A stretch of 64,000 bases of DNA. Source: the human T2T-CHM13v2.0 reference genome, Homo sapiens. The position numbers were made by a program, and so were the translations under genes. The first letter of the stretch is position 1; each line of letters begins with the position of its first letter. The notes beneath the pieces were generated by a model, which saw only the letters and a program-made list of their open reading frames with translations, was not told the origin of the DNA and did no database searches. The stretch lies in NCBI RefSeq assembly GCF_009914755.1, contig NC_060927.1, one strand, 5' to 3'. This document shows, in pieces, positions 1 through 14,312 of this stretch.

Positions 1-55
1 TGGGCCGGATCCTTTACACACTCATGCTACTCCTTGTGCTTTAAAAGTGAAGCAT

Positions 56-399
<344 letters not shown>

Positions 400-804
400 T
401 CATCCAGCATCTCCTCACCCCTCAGAGACCTCTGAGACTCCACCCGCCAGGGCAACACTGCCAGTGCCAAGACCTCCAGGTTGAGAGACAGCGGGGAAAT
501 CAATTGCAGGGGGATATTTCACCCCTCTGTGTTTCTCAATGTTATGGCTTCAGCATTAAAATCAAATAGCCAGAGATAAGATTCTGCAGGCATAAGCCAA
601 TTATATGCATATTTCAGGCAAATCATATGCAAATAACACATGTGACTCTGCCCTGGATTGAGTCTGCTCAGATGTGTCTCTTAGAAGCAGGCTAATAGAG
701 ATAATTGGTAAAGTGCATTTAAGGTGTGGGGGCCACAGGGGCAAGAGGGGAGAATGGCGAATTCTTAAACCCCAACTGCAGGCCAGGAAGTTTTACATAT
801 GTCA

Positions 805-1650
805 TGTGTTCAATTAGCACTTACTCCGTGGCTGCTGTGTGTCCAGAATGGTAATAGGGATAGTGAGATAAATGAAAAGCTGTGCACCCCACCGGAACTC
901 TCAGATGAGTCGGGACACAAACACGATGACAAGTACAGGATGCTGTGGGGCATGCACAGACCATCTGTCTAAATCACACTGGGGCATCCAGAAAGCTTCC
1001 TGGAGGTGGCGATGCCTGAGCTGTGTTTTGAAGGATAAGTAGGAGATGTTAAATTAAACAAGGGGAAAGGAAAAAATAAAAAATAAAAATAAATTTAAAA
1101 AATAAATAAGGGGAAAGGCGTTGTAGGCTGCCTGGCATATTAAGTGGATCAGCATGGTGCTGGGAGGGGTGCATGCACCAGGTAGGGGAAATGAGGGGAG
1201 AGGGGGTTGGTGAGATACAGGGGCTGGATCATTAGGGGATCAGCATGGAGCTGGGAAGGTGGAGCTTCATCCTGAAAAGTGAGCATGTAAGCAGGAGAAT
1301 AATGAGATAAGGAGATGCTTCTGGAAGCTCTCAGACTGCAACATGGTCCATGGGCTGGAGCAGGTCCAGGTGGGGCAAAGAAGCCAGGCAGGAGGGCTTA
1401 GACCAAGCAATAGTGGGAGAGACAAGGAGGTGGAAATCATCGGGAAGTTATTTAGGATCTCAGAGTAGTAGGACTCTCTGATCAGTCAGTTGTGGAGGGT
1501 GATGGTGAAGAGGAATCCTGTATGATTAGCAGGTTTGGAGCTTGGGAGGTGGACATTGGACCATGGGAAGAAAGCAAGTGAGAGAACAATTTTATTTTGG
1601 ACACATTTGGTGTGAGGAGCTGGAGGGTATCCAAGAAGCCATATCCAAGA
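805..1650 (-). mobile_element. L2 LINE 3' region, degenerate
   Basis: GAAAGCTTCCTGGAGGTGGCGATGCCTGAGCTGTGTTTTGAAGGATAAGTAGGAG and TTTTGGACACATTTGG..GGTATCCAAG resemble the L2 antisense consensus. Confidence 0.7.
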
Positions 1651-1664
1651 TATATGACGCCTCA

Positions 1665-2150
1665 CACTGCCTTGGGTCACATTCTCCAAAAGCAAGTATT
1701 TTATTTGAATGTAAGTATTTTATGATGGAAGTGCTCCCAGGAGAAACCTAGAAGGGAGTGGGGAAAGCAGGACCAGGAAGGGGAGGAAGCCAAGCAGAGT
1801 GAGACCTCAGCAGCCCTGTAGAGGGTGGCTTCATCCTGATTCCACAGGGAGCACTGGATGGAAGTTACACCTCGGAATTTGTCCCCACTCTAAGCCAGGG
1901 GACTCGGCTGTCCTACTCCCACTCCTGTCTGTTATGAGCCTGGGGCTGCCCTGGGTAAGGATGGGGAGGAAATTAGCAGGCACTTCAAGGTCTCAGAGTA
2001 TGTGGCTTGAGAATGGTCCTCCCATGTCCATCTCCCAAAAAGACTGGCAAGTGTGGTTATTGGAAGCAAAAGCCCACTGAAGGCGGGGAGGGGTATGCAG
2101 AAATAGCAAAAGCCACCTGAGGGCATCTGGGCAGGGCACCAGAGTGTCTG
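1665..2150 (-). mobile_element. ERVL-class solo LTR (LTR33/LTR16-like)
   Basis: CCCAGGAGAAACCTAGAAGGGAGTGGGGAAAGCAGGACCAGGAAGGGGAGGAAGCC...GGCATCTGGGCAGGGCACCAGAGTGTCTGC. Confidence 0.65.
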
Positions 2151-2199
2151 CTGGCCACATGGAATCCCGGACCCTCAACATTGATCTGCAAAGTAGGTG

Positions 2200-2530
2200 C
2201 ATCTGTGCTTTGCAGACAAGGGCATCAAGTTCAGAGAGGTTAAGTAACTTGCCCCCAGTCACACAGATAGAAAGAGGTGGTGAGCCTTGGAACCCAGGGC
2301 CTTTAGATTTCCCACGCTGCCTATGCATCTCACAGCTGCTAGTTAATTAAAAGAGCGTCATCGTCAAGGGCTAACACCACACCAGCCTCATCCATGTGAT
2401 AATGGCTTTGTTCCAAGCAACCCCGGAGCCATTTTCCTTCTTAGGTTGCAGGCGAGGAAGCAGAGGTGCAGAGAGTCACCCAGCCAGGGCCAAGAAACTG
2501 GGATTTGAATCTGGGTCCATCTGAGTCCCA
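2200..2530 (-). mobile_element. Two MIR fragments (~2200-2310, ~2445-2530)
   Basis: CAGAGAGGTTAAGTAACTTGCCCCCAGTCACACAG core; GGGATTTGAATCTGGGTCCATCTGAGTCC. Confidence 0.75.
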
Positions 2531-3008
2531 ATCTCATCCCTAGGTTGAAATCCATTGCCCTGGGCCTTCTATCTCGAGGCACCATCCCAGCAATTGCCCA
2601 GACTGTGTCTTGCCCAGACACATTTTGAAAGACTGTCTTGGAAAATGTGTGGGGCAAGGTCAGGTAAAATTTTTAGGTTTCTTGGGGGTCACTTAATGTC
2701 CTTTGGCAAGAAGGTAGAAAAATCCAGACCTGGATCCAGGCCTCTGGGTTGTGCAGATTGCCGTGGCCTCCTCCCTGGCCCAACTCCATAGAGAGAGGGC
2801 TGGGTTCTGCCAGTTCTGTTGCTAGTGGTTTCTGAAAGGGTAATTTGGCAAACAATGCTGAGAAGCTGGTTGTGGCAATACATTACCATGTTTAAAGAAA
2901 TTATTTTTATCGCTGTCTGTATTCTGAGGCTCTGAAGAATGCAGCAACCAAAGACAGGTTGCGTAGAGGTTCTGTTTGTGTGGGCCAAGGGTGAAGGCAC
3001 AGATGAAG

Positions 3009-3010
<2 letters not shown>

Positions 3011-3053
<43 letters not shown>

Positions 3054-3056
3054 TGT
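3011..3056. repeat. (GT)n microsatellite
   Basis: (GT)18 perfect at 3011-3046, then one AT interruption. Confidence 0.98.
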
Positions 3057-3425
3057 TCGTGTTCGAATTCCTGCCTGCTTCTCAGCTGGATAAAATGTAT
3101 TATGCAGGCACTAGGTCTTTCCACCCTAGGAAGTGTTCATAGGAGTTTGAAATGCTACATCTTCTTTGGAGAAATGCCTGTCCAGGATGTTGCAGGAGGA
3201 ACTGACATCAGTGAAAAGATGGGCGCATCAAAAGACATTTCAGAGCCCATGGTGGGCCTGGACCTAAGGGATACTTGACAAGGAGTCTGAGGCCTTCCCC
3301 AGATATCCTCCCATGGCTGGCAGGGAAAGGCCTTATCATATGTCCAGCTGAGGGAGAGATGGAAGCATCCCCCATGTTTGAGAAGAACACATTACAGAGA
3401 ACTTTGACTTACATGACTGACACAA

Positions 3426-3740
<315 letters not shown>

Positions 3741-3779
3741 TACTGACACAAATTTTAAGCTTTTCATTAAAGCTAACAT

Positions 3780-3965
3780 TCTCAGAACTTTACACACCCA
3801 TGCAACCAGCACCCAGATAAAGAAAACAGAATATGACCAGCCCCCCAGTAAGTCTCCTCCTGCCTCCTTCCAGCTGCTCCCCTACCAGGGCAACCCACTC
3901 CTGACTTTTAACAACAGAGGTCAGCTTTGCCTGCTTTTGTGCATTCTATAAAAGGAATCATACAG
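3780..3965 (-). mobile_element. Old L1 (L1M) 3' UTR fragment
   Basis: ACACCCATGCAACCAGCACCCAGATAAAGAAAACAGAATAT...GGAATCATACAG. Confidence 0.7.
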
Positions 3966-3967
3966 AC

Positions 3968-4380
3968 TGATAGAGGTTGGATGTTTATCTCCTCCAAATC
4001 TCATGCTGAAATGTGATGCCCAGTGTTGGAGTTGAGGCCTAGTGGGAGGTGTTTGGGTCGTGAGGGTGGACCCCTCATGGATACCTTGGTCCCCTCCCTG
4101 AGGAAATGAGTGAGTTCTCATTCTATTACTTCATGTGAGATCTGATTGTTAAAAAGAGTCTGGGACCTCCCACCTTTCTCTTGCTCTCTCTCACCCTGTG
4201 ACACACCAGCTCCATTTCCCTTCTGCCATGACTAAAAGTATCTGAGGCCTCCCCAGAAGCAGATGCTGTTACCTTTCTTCTTGCACAGCCTGCAGAACCA
4301 TGAACGAAATAAATGCCTTTTCTTTATAAATTACCCAGCCTCAGGTATTCCTTTACACCAACAGAAAATGGACGAATACA
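3968..4380 (+). mobile_element. MaLR solo LTR (MSTB-like)
   Basis: TG...CA termini, CCAAATCTCATGCTGAAATGTGA, AAATTACCCAGCCTCAGGTATTCC; exact 5-bp TSD CAGAC. Confidence 0.92.
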
Positions 4381-4680
4381 CAGACACATTTTGAAAGGGT
4401 AATTGGAAACAGCCCTTGTAATGCAGATCAGAAGTTTACTGTCTGGGATACTCATTATTTAACGGAATGTTTTGGTAAAGTCTTTTGTAATTGGATTAAC
4501 TGTCCCTGGACCCAGCCTTTGTGCATATGAAGTTCTCTTAAAACATCTTTCGGGACTAGGGAGTCATTTGGGCTACTGGAAATTTACCCACATTGAAGGC
4601 AGAGCAGCTGGGAGGAATCACCAACCCTAGCACTGAGTTTCCATTAAACAGGACCATCTTGCATATTCTTTTGTTTTAGA

Positions 4681-4790
4681 TCACTGGTTCACAGCCTTGG
4701 CTGCACATGGGCATCTCCTGGGGAGCCTTAAAGAATACTGATTGGAGGGGCTGGGGGATTCCCACCCTTCGAGGTTCTGATGGTTTGACT
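4681..4790. mobile_element. MER5-like hAT DNA transposon fragment
   Basis: CCTTGGCTGCACATGGGCATCTCCTGGGGAGCCTTAAAGAATACTGAT. Confidence 0.5.
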
Positions 4791-5067
4791 TAAATCATTT
4801 TGGCCTTCCTGGCCTTAGAGTTCACCTGCAGGGTTATGTAACCAGGTAGAGAAGTTTCTGGCATTAGAGAGGCCTCGTTGGTGCTGTTAAGAAGGAGAAA
4901 CCAAATGATGCACTTGCTACCGAGATGTTGAGTCATGCCCAGATCCAGGGCAAACATCACTTCTCTAATCTCTCTGATGACAGCCCAGGCCCCACTGGAC
5001 CTGAAATTGTTAGGGTGATGATGGGGGTGGGGATGAGGAAGAGAAGAAGGATCAAATGGAAGGAAAG

Positions 5068-5250
5068 TGTGTGGCCTTGGGAAAGTTGTTTAATATTCCC
5101 CAAACAATTAAGGCCTCAATTTTTTAATCTATAAAACTGGGGACAATAATAATACCAAATCCATAGGTTTTCCAGGAGTATAAATGAGAAGAAGAATGTA
5201 AGCCATTTAGCACAGCAGTGGGCACATTGTAAGTGCTCGACAAAATCTCA
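5068..5250 (+). mobile_element. MIR
   Basis: GTGTGGCCTTGGGAAAGTTGTTTAA...GCCTCAATTTTT..CTATAAAACTGGGG...GGCACATTGTAAGTGCTC. Confidence 0.85.
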
Positions 5251-6109
5251 TGATCATCATCATTATCACCATCGTTAGAGGTTGTCACAGAAGAAGTATT
5301 TGTGACTTTTATAATCCTCAATTAAAATGTGCCCATTTGAGCTTGGCCAGAGAAGTAGCAAGTGACATCACCCAATATGTTTTGAGCCAGAAGGGCCTCT
5401 CTTTTCTGAAAACGATTCCAGGGGCCATGATTATAAAAACAAGTTCCTAAGACTAACAGGTTGTAATGGTGAGAGCATCTTGCAAACTAGGTCTAGGTCT
5501 GCTTGAAAACACAGGGTAAGGGAAGAGGAAATGTTGGATGACTCCATGCTGGCCTGCTCAAGGCTTGAAAATCAGAGGCAGAGGAATTGTTCCCAAGAAA
5601 AATTATAGTTCTCTTTTGTCAATATCATGAAATGTAATAGATTTGAGCCAGAACTCGGGATTTTGTAAAACTGAGAAAAGAAGAAGAAAAATTTCCCAAC
5701 AGCTGAAAATTTAAATAACCACGGCTCCAAGCACTCCATTTTCTTGAATTTTGATGAACTCCAGGTAAGGTAGATCAAGGATAAAGATAGTTTAATAGGG
5801 AAGTCAAGGTTACCCAGTGACACTCCAGGCTGTAATGTGGAAGGAAAATTTAAACCCAACCAAATGGCAGGCATCAGCTGATGACATGACCAATAGGCTG
5901 ATGTCCAATATTAGCTGGATGATGTCCCAAAACCATTTCCTTTGAGACTGTGTTTGTTCATCTCATAGTGTTTACATTTTGCAGGATTTTAAAAGAATAA
6001 CCAATCCTTTCATTTGATAGTCAGAGGTGCCCTGTATGTGGCGTCCAGAGTAGTACTGTTCCTATTTAATAGCCATATTGTAGAACACACATTCATGTTT
6101 TTTCTTTTT

Positions 6110-6590
6110 TCCTTTTGAACAAAACCTCAGTTTTGCTTCCATATCTATTTCTGCCTCATGTGACTCAGAAGGTAACCTTATCTCCAGCTCGAAGGGTAGA
6201 TCCTGATTTGATAACTCCAACCCTTCCCAATGATTAGACATGGACATTTAGACATGGATTTGTGACTCAAATTAGGCCAGTGAGAAGTGAGAGGAAGTTT
6301 GTTGGATGTCTCCAAGAAAGTTGTCTTTGCGCCTAAGAAAGAGTCGGCCTGGAAATTTCTGTGTCTGAAAGTGACTCCTGGAACTACTTCTATGACTTTG
6401 CTAGTAACCTGGTAATAAAACCAGTTGAGAAAAACAGAGTGGAGCAATGGAAAGAACCTGGATCCTCGATGACCATTTAAGCTACGGAGTATACTGAATG
6501 CCACCCAACCTCTGGACCTCCGGGTATGTGAAGGCATAATTTTCTGGATTGCTTGGAGTTTTCTGTTACTTGTGGCCCAAAGCATCCTAC
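6110..6590 (+). mobile_element. Ancient ERVL/MaLR LTR (LTR16 or MLT1K-like)
   Basis: GGCCAGTGAGAAGTGAGAGGAAGTT, GAAAGAACCTGGATCCTCGATGAC, TTTTCTGTTACTTGTGGCCCAAAGCATCCT. Confidence 0.65.
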
Positions 6591-7139
6591 ATGCTTTAGA
6601 GTATTCTGGGATTCAGGGGTTAAGTGAATTGCTTACGTCACCCAGACAGTAAGCAGTAGAGAATAGACTGAAACCTTTACTTCTCCACACCTTGTTCAGC
6701 TCTCTGCGTTCCTCTGTCCCAGAGTGACAGTTTTACTTTCCTGAAATTAATCATAGGATATACCATCATTGAACTGAAAGTTTGCATCTCATTCTTGCTC
6801 TGGCCAGTTAATAAAACAAAGCCAATAATAATCCCTGGCCTATAGCACAGACAGAGCTTTCACGTCCCCACTGAAACCAAGCACGAGTCCCACATTTGGA
6901 CAGAAGCTGAGGTCCTGGCTGTCTCCCAGATTTCAAATCTCTGTGATCTCACTGCCTCTGCCATGTCTGCTGAAATGCCTGTCTCATACCTTTTTTCAGC
7001 CTAAGCATCATATATTCCAATTTTCAATTGTTCTAACCCATGCAGAATTGGCCCATCTTTGCTTTGTACATCACTGTAGTGTCTTCATGCATTTATCTCA
7101 TCCTAGGATGTAGTATTTCATGGTGATATTTCTCAGCTG

Positions 7140-7420
7140 TCGTATAAGGACGCTTTCATCTAGACAACAGTGGTTTAAATAATTAGGGAATTTGTCTCTT
7201 CTCTTAATGAGAAGTCCAGAAGTTAGTACTTCCAGGGCTAGTTCACCTGCCCCATCCTGTATCAAGGACCCTGGCCCTTTCCTTCCTTGTGTATTCCTTG
7301 CCATGCTTTGTATATTGGCCACGTTTCTACTCATCACCTAAAGGAGGCTGCCATTGCCCCAAGCATCATGTCATCACACCATGAGGTCCAGGGCAAGAAA
7401 AGAAAGGAGGAAAAAATCCT
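7140..7420 (-). mobile_element. MLT1J/L-like MaLR LTR fragment
   Basis: AACAGTGGTTTAAATAATTAGGGAATTT..AGAAGTCCAGAAG..TTCCAGGGCTAGTTCA..ATCAAGGACCC. Confidence 0.6.
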
Positions 7421-7545
7421 CTTTTCTCTCTTTTATTTTTCAGAGAACATAATCTCTCTTCAAAGCTACCCAATAATGTACCTAAGGTCACAGAACTGGT
7501 AAAATAGTGGAGCCAGGATTTAAGTGTGGACAGTCTGACTCTAGA

Positions 7546-7738
7546 CTGTCCCATAGAAATATAGTGCAAGCCATATGTGGAATTTTAATTTTTTGGCAGC
7601 CACGTTTAAAAAGCAAAAGGAAGCAGGTGAAATTAATATATTTAACTGAATATATCCATAAGATTTTTGCACATGTGATCAATATTCAAGTTGTTAATGA
7701 GATATTTTACATTTTTTCATACTAAATCTTTGAAATCC
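7546..7738 (+). mobile_element. MER33 hAT transposon, 3' part missing
   Basis: CTGTCCCATAGAAATATAGTGCAAGCCATATGTG...AATGAGATATTTTACA..CATACTAAATCTTTGAAATCC. Confidence 0.85.
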
Positions 7739-7951
7739 ACCTCCCGGGTTCAAGCAATTCTCCTGCCTCAGCCTCCTGAGTAGCTGGGACTATAGGTGTG
7801 CACCACCACACCCAGCTAATTTTTGTATTTTTTAGTACAGACAGGGTTTCACCATGTTGGCCAGGATGGTCTCGATCTCTTGACCTCGTGATTCGCCCTC
7901 CTCAGCCTCCCAAAGTGCTGGGATTACAGGCATGAGCCACCATGCCTGGCC
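7736..7951 (-). mobile_element. Alu (AluSc-like) lacking its 3' end and tail
   Basis: Antisense Alu starting abruptly at TCCACCTCCCGGGTTCAAG. Confidence 0.93.
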
Positions 7952-7959
7952 AAGTAGTA

Positions 7960-8087
7960 GTTTTTTACATTTACATTTAAGCTAATTAAGATTAAAATTA
8001 AATAGTCATTTCCTCGGTCACACTAGCCATATTTTGAGTTCTCAGAAGCCACATTTTGACCAGTGGCTACTACTGCGTTGGAAAGCA
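7960..8087 (-). mobile_element. MER3 hAT transposon fragment
   Basis: TTCCTCGGTCACACTAGCCATATTTTGAGTTCTCAGAAGCCACAT..AGTGGCTAC. Confidence 0.7.
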
Positions 8088-9472
8088 TACTTCTACAACC
8101 TTGATGTTTGAGCTCATTTTTAATCAAATTCCCCGTAACCAAGGACACAGTACTGTGTTAGCAAGCGACCACCTCTCTTTAGATGGCGCACAAAATCTAC
8201 CGCTACAAGACTGGAGACCTGCCTTATAGTTGTTTCCCTGTTTCCAGTCAAGGGAGTCACTCTAATTCTCTGGGCCTCTATTTATTCATTTGTCAAAGAG
8301 GGACTATTATCTCAAACATCTCCTCCAGCTCTCAAATGCTGTATTATTTCTCTCTTCTAAAAGAGGAAGGAATGAGGGCATTGGTAAAGCCCTGGGCCTG
8401 AAGGTACACACACAAGCTCTCTTCAATAAAATCTGTAAAGAGTGGAATATGTTGCCACTCTTTAGCACCTGCCAACGTGCTGTGGCAATCTGGAGGCGCT
8501 TGGTGCTCTCTCCTTTTATGCAGTACTAAGGATCCAGCTAATTCTGTCTCCAGAATCCCCAGAATAAAGACAAAGGGAAGCATTGTCCGAGCTCCGAATT
8601 TCAGGTTTTTCCTTCTTATACACTGCATTTTAAACAAGGAAAGGCCTACACAGAGATGGAAACCCCCGTATTACGTTTCTGCAATGGTTTTGTGCCCCTG
8701 GCTTCCTGGAGTGGGCTGTGTTCTTTCAGTATAAAAGAAAGGACCTTTCTACTCTCCTGGACACCCGTCTTCTTAGACTGTTTACACTGTGTGATCGTGA
8801 CTTACAGTCAGAAAGGGGCTTTTGGCTTATTGGATAGCATAAAATCTCTATTCTATTTTAGCTGCAGAGCTGTGAAAGGATGACCAGGGTAGTCAAGTCA
8901 AAGTCAAAATACCCATGGAGGCCCAAGGACCAGCAATCCAGATAATAATTGGGTTTGGCCACGGCTTGCCTGCCAAACGGAGGACTTGAGGTGTCAGTGG
9001 GGTTAAACTTTAGGGCTCTGTGGGAAGGTCCCAGTTCTCAAAAACAATTCCCTCACTCCTGTGACCTTTTATTATTAGAGGTTCATTTCTTTGGGGTCTA
9101 TAAGTCAGGCAGAGTGGAAATAGCTTCTTTTACCCACAAATGAGAGGTTCTAGTCTTAAGCTTGATTTGAGAAAAGAGGATAATAAGAAATTGAATGGGA
9201 GAAGATGCTAGGAGGAGGCAGGAGGACCCAAAAGCACACTAAAGGAAGATGCTAAAGATTGTCAGCCACTTTATATTACGCTAATACCATACCGGAGCTT
9301 ATAAGATCAGGAAATACACAAAAAGTTTGTTACCAGTTATGCTCTGCTTAAAGGAAAGACAGGCTAAAAGGAAGCAGAAATGTGTGGTTTCATTTCCTCA
9401 TTTCTTCAGCCAGCATGGGAATTGGAAGGAAGGTGATTACTTATTTACTCATTCATCTCTTCACCCATTAAT

Positions 9473-9972
9473 TGTGGTAGAGAGCTTTCAAAGATGGCCG
9501 TCAATTCCCGCCCTCCCATACATGCCTGCCATTCCTCTCATCAAGAGCTGGGGCTTATTTTCCCCTCTACTTGACTCTGCACTGGCCGGTGACTTGCTTT
9601 GACCCCTAGAATGTGGTGGAAGGGATGCTACACGGGTTCCAGGCCCAGCCTTGGGGAGGTTGCACCATGCTGTAAACAAGCTTGAGCTACACTATTGGAT
9701 GCTGAGAGGCCAGTGGAGAAGGGAGAGGCCATGTGCAGGAGCTCGAGGGGCCAGACTTAGGAGCAAAGCCTCTGAAGCACCCCCTCAGCCAGCCACTGTC
9801 TAAGTGCGGGTGAGTGAGTGACCCCCAGCCAACGCCATGTGAAACACAAAAACTGCCCAGCTTGTAACACTCCAAATTCATGACCCACAGAATCATAAAG
9901 AATGTAAATTGTTGTGGTGTTAAGCCACTACATTGTGGGATGGTTTCTCATCCAGACATAAACAAATGAACA
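9473..9972 (+). mobile_element. MaLR solo LTR (MLT1G/H-like)
   Basis: TGTGGTAGAGAGCTTTCAAAGATGGCC start; GACCCACAGAATCAT..TTAAGCCACTA end. Confidence 0.8.
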
Positions 9973-10150
9973 TTTACTGTATGTTTTTGGCAGCTATATT
10001 TAAAGGGATTCCTTTTTATTCCAGTTTTCTAAACTAGATTTTTAATCATAAAAAATTGTTGACATTGGTTAAATGACTTTTTGCCTTTATTGAAATGATC
10101 ATGTGATTACTTTTCTTCTTTAGTTCATTAATCTTTAATTTGTTCAGAAA

Positions 10151-10446
<296 letters not shown>

Positions 10447-11058
10447 TTGTTCTGCATTTTTTATAGTTTTTCAGTGGGAGTCCTTGCATATCTTTCATTA
10501 AATTTATTCCTAAATATTTAATGTTTTTGATGCTTTTATAAACAGTATATATTTAAAAATTTTTCTAATTGTCTATAACAGTATAGTTGAATAAAAGTGA
10601 TTTTTGTATATGATTTTGTATTCTGTGACTGCTAAATTCAGCTACTAGTTTTAGTCATTTTTAAAAAATCCTCAAGATTTTCTGTATACACAATTATATT
10701 GTCTACAAATAGAGATGGTTTTACTACTTTCTGTCCAATATTTTTAGGTTTTATTTATTTTTCTTACTTTGTTGAACTTGCTATGACCTCTAGGGAAATG
10801 GTGAATAAAAGTGGTAAGAGCAGACATCCCTGCCTTTTTCCTGCTCTTAGGGGAAAGCATTCATTCTTTCATCATTACATATAATGTTAGCTTTAAGTGT
10901 TTCATAGGTGCTCTTTATAAGGTTAAGAAAGTTGCCTTCTAGTCATAATTTACCAGAAGTTTTTACTATGAATGAGTGTTGAATTTGTCAAATACTTTTT
11001 CTTCATTCATGATCTGATCGTGTTTCCTCCTTTCCTCTGTGAATGGGATGCATTACTA

Positions 11059-11641
11059 CGTAGCTGGCCACCCCCAAGATGGTCTCCTGTAATCCCCTCC
11101 TCCTGGTATTCATGCCTCTGTGTAATTCCCTCTCCTTGAGAATGACCTGAATTTACTGACCCATTTATAACAAATACAATGTGGCTGGGATGGTGGCATG
11201 TCACTCTTGAGATTTAAGTTATAAAAAGACTGTGGCTTCCATTTTGTGTGATTTCCTTTACTCATTTGCTCTGAGAAGAGTCAGCCACCATGTCGTGAGC
11301 TGCACTGTGGAGAGGTCCACGTGGCGTGGAATTGAGGGAGGCCTTTGGCCAGAAACCAGAAAAGAACTGAGGGCTTCAGTCCAACAGCCACAAGGAACTG
11401 GATCTTGCCAACAGCAAGATGCAGTGATCTTGGAAGCCGACCCTCCCACAGTGTAGTCTTCAGACGAGACCACCACCTCAGCTTACACTTGGCAGCCTCA
11501 TGACAGACCCTGTGCCGGATAACCCAGTTAAATATCACTTGGATTTCTTGCCCACAGAAACAGTGAGACAATAAATGTTTATTGCTTTAGGATGCCAAAT
11601 TTTGAAGATGATTCCTTTATATGGCAATAGATAACTAATAA
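11059..11641 (+). mobile_element. MaLR solo LTR (MLT1E/F-like)
   Basis: AAGATGGTCTCC..CCTCCTGGTATTCATGCC..AGGTCCACGTGGC..GGAACTG..GCAATAGATAACTAATA. Confidence 0.85.
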
Positions 11642-11723
11642 GTACATTGGTTAACTTTTTCACGTGAAATAAATCTTGCACTTGGCCATGATATGTTATC
11701 CTTTTACACATTGTTATATTTGA

Positions 11724-12354
<631 letters not shown>

Positions 12355-12430
12355 TAATGTCTCTGTCAGGTTTTGATGTTGGGGATATACTAGCCTCATA
12401 CAATGAAATCCCTTCTCCTCTATTTTTTGA

Positions 12431-12784
<354 letters not shown>

Positions 12785-13312
12785 CTCTTTAAATTTTTGG
12801 TAGAATTCACCAGTGAGCCTGGAGTTTTCTTTGTGGTAGCTTTTTAAAAATTCGTAAATTCAATCCTTTTATAGATACAAGGCTATTTAGATTTCGTTTT
12901 TTTTCTTAGGTCACTTTTTTTTCCTTCTCTAGCTTTAAAGACCAAAAGAAAAAATATATATGGGCGGATTATCTATTGTAAGGCCATCATGGCATAACAG
13001 GGGTGCCCAAAGCTGCTGAGCATACTAGGACTGTGCACCTTCAAAGGAGTGTGTCATGTAGAAATGCATTAGCAGAAAAAAGTTCAAGGAACCAAGATGG
13101 TGGGGAAAGACAGCATGGATGAGAGAGTGGTGTTGGAGCAGAAGGGTGAAACAGATTTAGGAGCTTTAGGGTGCTTGAGAATAGAGAACAAGAAACTTTA
13201 ATGAGTTGTTATGGCCTAAGTTGGACTCCCTTAAATTTTTGAAAGAAACATGAATTAAGATTAAAATTCTTGTCTGCACTATGCTTCTTTAAGAATGATA
13301 TCCCTTCGGTGA

Positions 13313-13606
13313 GGCCGGGCCCGGTGGCTCACGCCTGTAATCCCAGCACTTTGGGAGGCCGTGGCAGGCAGATCACAGGGTCAGGAGTTCGAGACAAGCC
13401 TGACCAACATGATGAAACCCGTCTCTACTAAAATTACAAAAATTAGCTGGGCATGGTGACGCGCGCCTCTAATCCTAGCTACTCAGGAGGCTGAGGCAGG
13501 AGAATTGCTTGAACCAGGGAGGCGGAGGTTGCAATGAGCCAAGATTGTGCTACTGCACTCCAGCCTGGGTGACAGAGTGAGACTCCATTAAAAAAAAAAA
13601 AAAAAA
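13313..13606 (+). mobile_element. Alu (AluSg-like)
   Basis: Full length; TSD AAGAATGATATCCCTT at 13291-13306 and 13605-13620. Confidence 0.96.
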
Positions 13607-13741
13607 GAATGATATCCCTTTGGGATACCACTATGAATGCCAGATGCCAGGGACACAGGGGAGGAAGGATGGCACAGTTTTGTAAACATTGCCATTCCAT
13701 TGCTCTATTTAAATCCACCTGAACTTCAATAAAATAACTTA

Positions 13742-14312
13742 TGTACCTTGTTCCTATTGCTGTGTAACAAATTACCCCAAAACATAATGGAACACAACAA
13801 TCATTCCTTATTAGGCTCATGGATTCATTAGGTCGGGAATTTGAACAGGACACAGTGAGCACAAGCAACCTCAGCTCCACACTGTCTTAGAGGCTCAGCT
13901 GGAAGACTCAAAGGCTGGGAGTGACCTGACCGTGAAAGCTGACATCTGAAAGCCTGTTAACTCATGAGTGTGGTGGTTAATGCTATTGGCTGAGACCTTA
14001 GCTGGAGCTATTGGCCAGAACACCTACACATGGCCTCTCATATGGCCTGAGCTTCTTCATAATATCTTGGCTGGGGCCAAGCATCCCATGAGAGAAGGCC
14101 AGGTGGAGGCCTTTTCTAACCCAGCCTCAGCGGTCAGAAAGTGTCACTTTCAGCCCCTTCTCTTCATCAAGGCCAACTGAAAGCCCATCCCAAGTTTAAG
14201 GTGAGAGGAAAGAAAGAGACTCTACACTTGATGGGGGAGTGGCAAGGTTCTGGAAGAGCATATGGTCCTGAAAATATTGCTGCAGCCACTTTTGGAAAAT
14301 ATAGTCTGCTGC
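13742..14312 (-). mobile_element. MaLR LTR (MLT1G/H-like)
   Basis: CTATTGCTGTGTAACAAATTACCCCAAAA..GGCTCAGCTGGAAGACTCAAAGGCTGG..TTTGGAAAATATAGTCTGCTGCA. Confidence 0.8.

Noticed and set aside
1139-1256. ~26-nt imperfect direct repeat containing GGATCAGCATGGwGCTGGGA
   Set aside because: A small local duplication within an L2 relic with no further structure
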